From Laetmonice hystrix (Eukaryota), in assembly GCA_965235115.1 (NCBI GenBank), contig OZ249447.1:25172001-25236000 (forward strand): a DNA stretch of 64,000 nt, read 5' to 3'. Below the pieces are notes generated by a model. It was given only the letters and a program-made list of their open reading frames with translations. It was not told where the DNA came from and did no database searches. Shown in pieces: positions 39,801 to 51,800 of the stretch. Every line of letters starts with the position of its first letter. Position 1 is the stretch's first letter. A program made the translations under genes and the position numbers.

Positions 39801-42800
39801 GAAGCCCTGAATGGTGTCCCTGATTGGGTGGTTCCCTTAGGAAGCCCTGAATGGTGTCCCTGATTGGGTGGTTCCCTTAGGAAGCTCTGAATGGTGGCCC
39901 TGATTGGGTGGTTCCCTTAGGAAGCCCTGAATGGTGTCCCTGATTGGGTGGTTCCCTTGGCTTAGGAAGCCCTGAATGGTGTCCCTGATTGGGTGGTTGT
40001 CTTAGGAAGCCCTGAATGGTGTCCCTGATTAAGTGGTTGCCTTAGAAAGCCCAGAATGGTGTCCCTGATTGGGTGGTTACCTTATTCCAGGTACCAGCGG
40101 CCATCAAGCGGTGTCAACGTGCCGGGATCACTGTACGGATGGTGACAGGGGACAACGTGAACACTGCTCGCTCAATCGCAACCAAGTGTGGCATTATCAA
40201 ACCAGGGGAGGACTTCCTCGTCATGGAAGGACGCGAGTTTAACACACGTATTCACGACTCGAACGATGAGGTAAGGCTGCAGATTGCAGCATGTGCTGAT
40301 ATTAGTCGGGATTTACCTCTCGAGGTCTAGTATCTAAGCGATATACTCTCCTTTAAATTAAGACAAGATTTTTGTTAAAAACCCAGATTTAAGTATAGTT
40401 AAGTTGTTTGTTTATTACTGTACATTTGTACTCCCCATTTGACTATTGTCGCAAGGCTAGTTTTCTGATAGTTGTGTCATGTGTGTGTTTGCCACATGTT
40501 GCAGACTGATCTAGCTGACCTTGAAAACCAAGAGGTATATTAGTAAGGTGTCGTCATGGCAACGGGAATGTTGAATGACTGCCATGATAGTGTCAATGAT
40601 TTCACTAATAGTGTGATGTGAGGTTGGCGCCCCAATAACTACCAAATTGTCCCTGCTTGAGATTTACCATCACGGAAATTCCTGTTTCAGAAAAAAAACC
40701 AGACGTTTTACAGATCATAGCTCGTTAATGGGAGTTAAAAGCGAAAAAAGTCCCATAGCTGATTTTAAATGGTGACACTTTAAACTGTAGGTGATGACTG
40801 CCATTGAGGCCTTGAAAGAATTACTGCTTGATATTGTCGCTAGGTGGCGCAACCGTAGGGCTGCTGGGTAGATTTTTGTGAGGCAGTTTTTAATTTGATT
40901 CATGAAATGATTGAAGGGGACTCGTTTGATTGCTTTGCAAGTGGAAATGGCAGTCGTGCTTTCACATCAATAGATGAAGTCCTGGTCAATACCTTAAAGA
41001 TTCTGAATAACAATTGAATATTGATCCTCAGTCTGTTTGAAAAAATCAGTGTGAGAAATTTATGTCGACCTTACAATTGAAGGTCAAGTGGTTCTGCTTT
41101 GCATGATGATTTTTCGCGACATCAAATGATAAATATTGGAAGTTGATGATACGAAGTGTCGCAACTTCGAAGTTATTGCTAAGGCCATTGATTAGCCCTC
41201 TCTGATTTGATGAGTGGAGTTGTTTGCAGTATTTGTTGAGGCTTGACTTGAAAGCTTGCCTTTCACTGCTTCTTTAAATAGATCTGTATTACGTTTGCAC
41301 CAGACACGGGCACCTTGTGGTACAAAGGACAAGACCATTTTTTCTAAGGTTTTGCAAAAAGATATTGTAAAATGGTATTATCTGGAGGTTTCTGCATGGT
41401 ATACCGGGGTACTCTTAGGATAATTCGGGTTAACTTCAGTAATCTCATGTATGCATTTTACCCATTATTTCCATGGAAAGGCACTTGATTCCAAAGCCCC
41501 CACCCTCTCCCCTCTGTGTCCTTACAGGTAAAGCAAGAACTTCTAGACAAGTTTTGGCCCAAGCTGCGGGTGTTGGCGAGGTCGTCGCCTCAGGATAAAT
41601 ACACCCTGGTGAAGGGAATTATTGAGTCCCGGATCTCCTCAAACCGGGAGGTGGTGGCCGTCACAGGAGACGGTACCAACGACGGACCGGCCCTCAAGAA
41701 AGCCGACGTCGGATTCGCTATGGTCAGTGGTTTGAGTGGGATTAAAAATATAGAAATCAAGTCAGCCAAAAGTAAAATGAGCATGTTAATCGTAGGCTTT
41801 GTGTTAAGTACATTAGCGTAATGATAGTGGACCTAGTGTCTGATGAAAAGCAGATGTTGACATCGTCCAGTTCTGTGCGGATTGGGGAATTTTTACAGAC
41901 AAAGGCAGTGTTGTGGAGGGAGGGCTCTGTGCTTGCTTTATATTTCGTTCTGAATTTTTTTTTTGGGGGGGGGGGCAGATTTGCGGCCACTGCATATCTT
42001 TAATGTCTAATAAAAGTTAGGAATATATTCATTTGTATACCCAAATACGAGTGCAGTAAATTGGTAAGAATATTTCCAACTGCTGGTTTTTTTTATTTAT
42101 TTTGAGCTTGAATTTTGTTGATTGTTTGTGGCAGGGTATTGCTGGGACGGATGTGGCCAAGGAGGCCTCCGATATCATCCTCACAGACGACAACTTCTCA
42201 AGTATCGTCAAGGCAGTCATGTGGGGACGGAACGTCTACGACAGCATCGCCAAATTCCTCCAGTTCCAACTTACCGTTAATGTTGTGGCTGTCATCGTTG
42301 CCTTCCTCGGTGCTTGCGCTATCAAGGTTCGTTGGATTCTCTCTTGTTTTCTTTTATTATAACGTTCTCTATTACCATATGCAACGTAGCAATGAGTTGG
42401 AAAATAGTTTCAGAATACATTTGTACTTAGACTAGAATTGTTGACCCTGAGGTGAGCGTTGTTTCGGAGTTAAGTGCGTAATTTCTAAAGATCCTCATTG
42501 GATGTTTTCCCTTGGTTGTCACAATGCATTGATGACGTAGCTATAACTTGTAAGACCCAAGGCGCCTGGATGACACGTCGCTTAACGTAGAATATACATC
42601 TAATGGTAACATATTTATGCCTCAATGATGAAACATTCAACCAATGGCATTGATTGACCTAAGCTCTGGCAGAATGAGACCAGAATAACACCATTGCAAG
42701 GCTCTGGGTTTAACTTGACCTGAGGTTGTGCGAACCTCTCTGTCACGTGAAAGATTTAAAGCAGTTTGGTTTTGTACAGTGATGGCAGAGAAGTTTATCT

Positions 42801-45800
42801 ATCCTCCTTGTCCAACCACCATCGCCTCTCAGCACCTTCACCAAGGTTTTTATAGCAGGCGAGCTCGTCCGGTGCACCATTTTTGCTTCTAGTCCTACTC
42901 AAGAATGGAAGAATTGGATTGCAGTCGATGGATAATAAAAACGCTATATGTTGTTACACAATGTTTGGGGAGGATAAAATTTGGTGTTTATTTAGATTTT
43001 TGATGATTTTGACGGCCATGAAATTCAATTCGTTGGTCTTTGTTGTTTTGAAACGCCTTTCCTATGTTTAAGAAAATGGTGATTCATTTTCTTTCCTTAC
43101 ATGCAATTATAGGACGACTTACCAAGTTTTCATAAATTTGTGAATAACGTATGAGAGCGGGCTCGTTTGGCTTTGTGATATACAAATGTACCGGTAAGAA
43201 GGAATCGGGGGTATCGTTTTGCCGGGGCATTAATGATTAAGGAAAGGACACTCGGGGCCTCAGGGTCAGTTTCCTGTCTTTATGTTTGTGAATGTTTTAT
43301 TTTTGTTTGGGGCGTGGGCGTTGGCCTTGAAGAGACAGAGTGAGAGAGATACAGAGAGAGAGAGACATTCGGCATCTCTGAATATTTTGTGATGACAAAC
43401 ACATGAATGAACTACTCTGTACTTGAACCTTGAAAAGGTCCATGCAGCTCTTTTAGATCCTTACTGATTAATATGGTTATAGCAGCAAAAAGGGTTAAAA
43501 CCCAGTGAACTCCTATACTTTATATGTGGGTCAATGATCTAATTAAGTGTAGTTGCAATAAGTGTTGGAAAATTCTATAGTTCACAAAAATGGGTGAGGG
43601 ATTGATGTGCGTGTACGATGTGAGTGAGAGAGTAAGTGAGTGAGTGAGTTTTGTGAGTCCTGGCGGCACTGACTGACGTCTGCTGGCTGCTCGCTCCCCT
43701 CCCACACAGGACAGTCCACTGAAGGCCATCCAGATGCTGTGGGTGAACCTAATCATGGACACGCTAGCGTCGCTCGCCCTCGCCACCGAGCTACCGTCGG
43801 AGGAGCTCCTGAAGCGCAAACCGTACGGACGAACTAAACCGCTCATCTCGCGGACCATGATGAAGAACATTTGTGGACACGCCATCTATCAACTCGCCAT
43901 CATCTTCACTCTCCTATTCGCAGGTCAGTACCTTTGGCAGGTCGTAGTCGGCTTTACCAGGTCAAAGGCAGCTTTGGCAGTTTGAGAGAAATCGTTCCGG
44001 GTAAAATGTTGCTTAGTTACCGCTGCTGTAACGATACCAAATGTACAGGGCTAGAAATGTTAAGAGTGAAGATTATGGGGGTTTTTTTACTGCAAATCTT
44101 CATAAAATATCTTCTATAGATAGGGGGATTCTGTGGCATCTACTACGTGTGTTTGAAGCTTATCTTGGTTTAACGGTGTATTTGTGGCTGTGTTTTTGTG
44201 ACCAGGCGAAACGCTATTGGACATTGACTCGGGTCGTGAGGCCCAGCTCCATGCGCCTCCCTCCCAGCACTTTACCATCATCTTCAACACCTTTGTCATG
44301 ATGACGCTCTTCAATGAGATCAACGCCCGTAAGATTCACGGCCAACGGAACGTGTTCGAGGGCCTCCATCGCAACCCCATCTTCATTGGTATCTGGATCG
44401 CTACAATGGCAGCACAGGTACGTTCTACTTCTAAAATCTACCTGTACCTGGTAATAATATGAGTGATTAAAATTTCTGAAAAATGTGTCTCTGGAACTAG
44501 GTGAAACGTCAATAAATAGGCATGTTACCTGTCGTAATAAACACAGCGTAACAAAGATCTCATTATCTGAGTATGCCAGGTGTCTATCTTAACACGGGAG
44601 GGAAAATATATCTTAGTACTGGAGAGAGATTTCAGAGAGTGGAATGAGTGAAATCTATGGCCGTGATGTAACAGTTTCTCTTGCTCTCTCCTCCCCTGTA
44701 GGTTGTGATTGTACAGCTTGGTGGATATGCGTTTGCGACATCTGAGCTGACTGCCGCACAGTGGATGTGGTGTTTATTCTTCGGTGTCGGCGAGCTGCTC
44801 TGGGGACAGGTAAACGCACCTTTATCGTTTGCTGTCATTTTCTGAATTTACTACATTTATTGGTACCACACTTTACTTAGTATCAGTGAGGGACGCTATC
44901 TTAGAAACGTTATGTGATTTCCCGCTTGTTGAGGTGAGCTCAATGTGTAACATCGTCTGCGTTTTGCCGCTTTCAGATTGTGACGTGTGTGCCGACGCAC
45001 AAACTGCCGCAGATGTTCAGTTGGGGAGCGTCAACTGTGCAGGAAATCGAGGCTCTTGAGCGTGCTGAGGATGACATGGACAGTATGGACCCGGCCATGC
45101 CTGACGACATGGGTCGGCGAGGTCAGATCCTCTGGATTCGAGGCCTCACTCGCCTCCAGCATCAGGTAGGTGGAGCCACGGCAGTCGCTGCTTCATTTCA
45201 TCTCCACTCAATGCTTACGCTGCACCAAGCCAACTGGACTCACACTTAATGTAACTGTGTGCCTCCAACTCATTCCAAGGTCATATCACGGTCACCTAGC
45301 ATTCTCCTCTCTCTCTCTCCAACCTATCTCCAACCGCCGTTTTCACTAACCAAAACAAACGGCAAGCCATAACTGTTAAGTCCAAGCTAAGCTTGAAAAC
45401 GAAGTAACACTGACCAACTGGATCGTTTTTTTTGTTTTTGTTTTTTTGCCCTGAGAGGATGAGATTTGCGACTAAGATTTCTCGGTGGTGTATATCGGTT
45501 ACACGGTTGTTAATTCAGCTAGTGCACGGTCGTTTTAACTTGGAATTGAGCAAAAGAGTTTTCAGCTCCAAATACGACACCCTAAAAGTGCATTGATGGT
45601 GCGTTTGTACAACTTAGTGAATCACCAGTGCAACTAGATGTGTTGAATTTTGTTTGTACAATGATCGAGGTTTTTGTAGTAGTGTGTCTGCACCAGTCAC
45701 GTGAAAATTATTTGATTTCCTCGCACTCTTCATCTGTAGTGCATTATATGTACAAATATATATGTATATATATAATGTGTGGATATATATATGTATATAT

Positions 45801-48800
45801 ACAAAGTTTATGAATGAGAGAAAAGTAATGTCACGTTATGAATTTCTCAGCCAGGTACTAAGATGCTATTCGTGATCTTAAAACCCTGACTGATCGAGAA
45901 GATAGTCTGTGAATTCTGTAAGACGTGGAGTAAATTTACTTTGATCTAAATATCTGTATATAATGCATATTTTAGGCCTCGTTTCTGTGATGTAATATAT
46001 GACCCATGGCCTTTGGGAGTCCTAGTAAATGTATTTGATGTTGAAAATTGTTGTCGATAGCCGCTTGTTATGGGTCTGTCAGGTTTCCGTTGATAGATTA
46101 CAGAATGCTGTAATTCTTGATAACACCTGAGTCATTGTAAAAGAGCATTTCGCTCTGCAATGGTCTTACTTGACACCACCGATGTATTGTAGATCCTGTT
46201 TTTTCCACATTGAATGGAGTATGACCTAAAACTAATTTTGTATTCCCTAATTTTAACCGAAAAGAAAACAAGAAAACAAGCCAGAGTTGAGCCTTGAATG
46301 AAAGATTCCTCATCGTATAAGAACGATCCACTGAAAATATTCCAGTTGAATTTTTTTTTACCGTGATTGGCCTTTTCATTGATCTTTTTCCCCAACCCTC
46401 TGATTGCATTTCCCTGTCTTCTTGACTCTTTAAGAAACAAATGCAGTTCTTGCATTCCAATCAAAATCAATTAATCTTTTTTCCTGTCCTTCTTCTCAAT
46501 TCATGACTTTAGACTTTTCTTTCTTCAAACTGCATGTTTCCATTTCGTCCTTTCTGATTCTCTTTCTGATACGGTGAAGGCTTTTTAATGCTGACTCACA
46601 CGAGGCAGTGAACTGAGCTTCAGCGGTACAGGGAGAGTTGAAGCCCTGCCAAAACATTGTATTAAGTACATTGATCTTCTGAGTATCTGTTTCGCCAGTG
46701 AATGCAGTCATGTGGGCCTTGTGTATCCTGCATGTTGGGACTTCTTGTGCACTCGTGGCACCGTATCATAAGAAACCAAGAAATAACCCGACACATTTTT
46801 TTGAAAAAAAAGCATCTTGAAAAATATCGTTTATCAAATGGCTACTAAATGCCCATGGCTCTCTTCCAGGCATCTGGTATTTCTTACCTTTCTTTTTTCA
46901 AGAAGTTGTTGGGAGGTTTCCCCAACTTCTCGTGCTAATATATCCGTTCGTAACCCATTGTTCGTTTTGTCCACTTTTAAATCACTTGGCTACATTCAGT
47001 GTGAAAGGACAGTAAACACTAGTACTTGTACATACAGACGTAATCTCGAGCACAAGTGTGAACTTTGTCATGGGGAATCTGGTGCTGAGAATGAAAAAGG
47101 TATATATATATATATGTAAAGATATATATATACATCCTAACGTTATAAAAGAGACATATGAAACTGTATGATGTTAAGCAGTCGTGCGTGTTCATCCTAC
47201 AAATGGCGGTGAAGGGCAATTACTACAAGGAGACGACAAGTCAGGAATATTTCCGGTGCAGGCTGTATGAAAGGGCTCTCAATTCTAACATGGTATTCCT
47301 TGACCCATTGGCAATTCTAACATGGTATTCCTTGACCCATTGGCAATTCTAACATGGTACTCCTTGACCCATTGGTGTATATGGATGAGCGGGCCAGGTT
47401 CACTTAGGGTGCCGTAAGCAACCCAGTCCGCTACAAGACGAACATGCACGTCTAGTCTCCATGCTATGCAGTCTGAACTAGGCTTCTAAGTGTAAAACTA
47501 AGAGCTCCAATGTGCATTTGATTTTCTTTGACATTGTAAGATACAAATGCACTGTATAAATGTAACAACACATAGGAAGTATCAAGTATATATATATGAT
47601 AAAGATAGAGATTATGAATTGATATTTTAGAAGACCTAGACCCAAGATATACATATTATATGATAATGATAACCGTATTAATAATAACGTATCTGTATTG
47701 TTATATCTAGACTGTCTGTGTATAAGAAAGAAGTAGAGTTGGAAGTTTAGATGGTAATGTTACACGTGTATGTTGTAATTGATGACGTAGCGTCGTTTTA
47801 AATAGTCCTAGCCATGAACTCTACGTATTACCTTCTGTCAAGGCTGAAATGGAATGCGAGAGTTAGTGACCTATTCACTCCACAGAAACAAAGGTCGAGT
47901 TTCCAATGCTCTTGCAAGAGGCATGCCCCAGTTAAAAGTGTACATTGAGAACGGTAGGAGTTGGTAGTTGGTAGGCAGCCCTTTGAAGACCGCGATGATT
48001 TGCCCACTCATTCCGTCGCCATTATCCCCCCACCCCCCTGATATTGAAGCCTCCAAGCTTAACATTGCCGCAGTGCCAGACTGGTAGAAGACAATGAATG
48101 TGTCGGTGTGTAAGCCTAGATTAAAGCATGACTGGCCTCCGTAGATACCTGGTCCTTTGTCTGCCGCCTCGTATGTTAACCCTATAAGCTCTGTAAGTAT
48201 GGCAGCTCTCAAGCATATATAGCGAGCAGGTGCATTGCCTATGTTACATTTAATGCCTTTTCGGTTCATTTCGATTTCGTCAATTCCAGTGCCCCCCTCC
48301 ATGACAAAGACACATAGATACGTTTTCTTTATGCTGACTACTTGATGACTAATGAAATGTCTATGTTACAGATAAACGCATTGACTGTGCATGTCAGGGG
48401 GCAATGCCCGCCGTTGTCGATTTGTTCATTTCTTGCAGCCACATCCAGACTCCAAGTATATTGAGTTTTCCTTTCCAGCCGATGTGCCAAGTGTTGTCGT
48501 GTGTGAATTGGTTGGTTTTGCGGTTTAGTATTCCACTTTGCCGAGGTGCTTGTTTCTTAACCCACGAGCTCATTGCCAAGTGCTTGTTTCTAGGCCACGA
48601 GCTCATAGATTTATGTGTGACTGGTTTAGACTAACGTCTCTGACGATCTCAACAAAGCTTGCTTTGCTTTGAATGACTAATAAGCCAAAGACTTGCATCT
48701 AAACTGGTTCTTACGAATTGGTTGACGACTTTTTGTGGCCTCCTACCAAAGTGACGACGGCAATGAATTGTGTACCCGTGTGCGTGTGTGGGAGTGGGTG

Positions 48801-51800
48801 AGAGTGTTTGTATCATCATTGGTTTACAATGGAAACATGTTCCACTTCAATCTGAGACTTGCTTGAAAACCTCCTACTAGAAACCCCCAACTCTTCAGTC
48901 CTCATGACCCTGGTTAATACATTCAGGGTCACATCCTGCTCCCCTGCAACCTGCCAGTGGGCATGCTCTGTCACCTTTTGACCTTCTGATCCCCTGTCTA
49001 AATAACTTGAGTATGTTCGGTGCCCAACTGGCTGAGTAGGCTTGCACAGTGAGGTGTGACCCATGGTAGTATCAACCGCGCCCCTAACATCATTGCCTGT
49101 GCTTTTCTGTTCCCTACAGCTTCGAGTAGTGCGAGCGTTTAAGAGCACATTGGAAGACCTAGAAGAAAAACGTAGCATTCACAGTTTTCACAGTTTACAC
49201 AGCATACGTAGCTCTCGTAGTCACCAGGGCCATAGACCTCTCTCAGAGGAACTTTATGTTTACCATCACCAGTGTCACTATCCAATTCGAAAGTCACCAT
49301 CCGTGGGCCAGAACGGCTCCTACACTAACATGGCAATGGTCATACAAGAGCATAATTTCAAAAACGGCAAGAGTCGTTCGGCAGAGAACGTGGCACTGGT
49401 GGATTCGGCTTTCGCGCCTCCCATGGTTGTTGTTCAGGGGGCATCCAACAATCCATCGCCACGGACTTTGAGCTCCTCGGACCTGAGTCAAAAGCTTTAC
49501 GAAACCACCATATAGTGGCTTCCTTACTAGTAGGAGGGACGAGGCGGAAGGGGTGGTCAGGACAGGGGCCAGTTTTTAACCCCCCCACCCGAAAAAAAAG
49601 AAAAGACAAAAAACAAACACACACAGATTGACGCACCTCGGCGCAGTGGACTTTACGCACAGCCGAACAAGGTGGACACTGGTGCAGCCAGTTGGTGCAG
49701 CCGCGGACGCACCCACCCCCGCGTCACTTTGCCGCCCAACTCCACTGAGTGAACCTTCCTTAGGGTTTTGATTGTCCAACCGGTGAACAATGCAGCCTCA
49801 AAGTGGTTGGCGCTGCATCCCCCTCCACCAAGCACGTCACCAATGACAGTCATGATGCAGCCATGGATCTGTCAGAGGTTGAGGAAACCTAACCAACAAC
49901 AGACCTGTGCTGCTTGGAAAGACACTACTGTTTAGAGTGGAATACATGCCTAGAGGGATCATATTAGGGCCCTTTTTGCCAGTTTTACTTGTTATTTATG
50001 GTCTATTTATTGTAAATAATTAGGAAGGTGCAGTATGTGTATATAGGATAATGTAAGGGACTAAGCTCTATTGACGTAATTCCTGTTGACCTAGTCATAT
50101 CATGTTTGAAGCAGTATGGTAAAGCAATGGAAGTAAAACGCTGTGACAATGTATGTAAATAGATATTTTTTGAGATGTGTTTATTTTGGATGCTGATTTT
50201 GAATGGGAAGTGCTATCAAGGACCGTGAGTCGTAAAGGATAAAGAAGATTCGATTGTCCCCCACGTATACCCAACCGGTCATGTTAACATAAAGTGGAAG
50301 GCCAAAGACAAGCTGTGTGTGTATATAATACTATGTAAAGAAATGCTATTTCGCTCTGCCGGCAATGATATCTATTTTGGCGTCTGACGATGCAAAGTGT
50401 ATGTTTGTGGTGCACTCTGACATAGCCATCCAGTATTGTCTTTCTAAGTACGTCTCTGGGTACAAAATTAGGGCCAGTCCTCACGAATCGGATTCCTTTC
50501 CTGTCTGTCAGGTACTGCGTCTAGCTTAGCCAAGGACCGTCATCAGCCAGCCAGTGACTCGCAAAAAAATTACCAGCTGATCATGAATGCCCTCTTAAAC
50601 AATGTAACAATGGGATAATCGGAGAATACGACTTCAGGTCAAGGGGTCAGCCAGGCTGCACAGTGCCTCCCTCTAGTGGTGGTTGTATTGTCGTTTTCCA
50701 CGCTTCCTTCCCCCCCCCCGTTCCGCGCAGGTCAAAGTGCAAGGATGTATGCATGTTTTAGGGTCGGTTACTCACGGTTGTCGCCAGGGAGATGGTGCCG
50801 CCGCCGCCGCCCCCCGCCACCGCCGCCACCGCTGCGCACCCTGTTCCTGGTCACCACCTCACCCCGGAAACTTAACGTCTTTTCGCCCCATACGTTTTGC
50901 ATCATCTTCAGTTTGCACGGGCATCTTGTCTGAAGGCAGTTGTCGCCCCCTCCCCCGCCTCCTCCCCAATCCGGCAGTTGCATTTTAATCATTGCTTTTA
51001 TTGTCTGGGCAAGGCTGAATGGGACTGAATTCGAATATTTTGACCTATCTTCCTAATCACCCCCGAACCCTCTTCTCCAAGCTGCATGCTTTGTGTATTT
51101 TTTGGTTGATGCACGTGTAGAACAAAAGAAACGCACCAACTTGCACGCATAGTCTGGCGCTTTGTTCCAAATGCTGGGACCCCCCACCCCCACCCAAAAA
51201 CACCCCCAATCAACCTTGATCCAAAGTTTCAACCTCTGTCCCAGTTGGCCAGGTACAGCTGTGGTCATTGGTCCCAATTTTTTTGTTGCAGGTGGTTTAC
51301 CTGTGTATTTTGTTGCTGGTGTCTGTTTTTTGTTGATGTTTATCACTAATCCCACTAATGGTCTCTATGTTAGTGTACCATGTACTTTGTGGATGTCTCG
51401 TGAGTCTTATTTCTCTCTTCTGTTTTCTCGTTTTTCAGATTCGTGTAGTTAATGCTTTCCGCATGGGCTTAGATGCTGACAGCTTTGATAAACGTAGTCT
51501 TTCCTCACTACACAGTCAGCATTCACTTCAAAATCTACGAATGCAAGTGCTTAAAAAGTCTACATCATATGATGCGGACGCGTCATTTAAGGCCTACAAT
51601 GACGAAAGAGAGGCGCGTTGTTGATTGGACGGTTAGAGACAGTGCCCCTTTTGCAAGCACGCGGCATTCGTACAAAAGCACAGTGCTGACCACTGATGTC
51701 ATATTGGTCATATTGTGTGAACAAACGAATGAATCGAAGACTGAGAGCATGACAAAAGCCCAATGCTGATCCAGCACGATGAAGACATTGACAAGAACAC

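Noticed and set aside
3877-40082. Tandem arrays as CRISPR arrays
   Set aside because: The units are head to tail with no unique spacers, there are no cas genes, and the context is a spliceosomal gene.
40780-41420. Protein-like fragments with stops and frameshifts in the intron (e.g. [22 protein letters not shown])
   Set aside because: Possibly a decayed transposon ORF, but I cannot assign it without a tBLASTx/HMM search.
46098-46711. Adjacent minus-strand ORFs of 70-120 aa
   Set aside because: No recognisable motif or splice structure. A BLASTx search would be needed to show a transposon or gene remnant.
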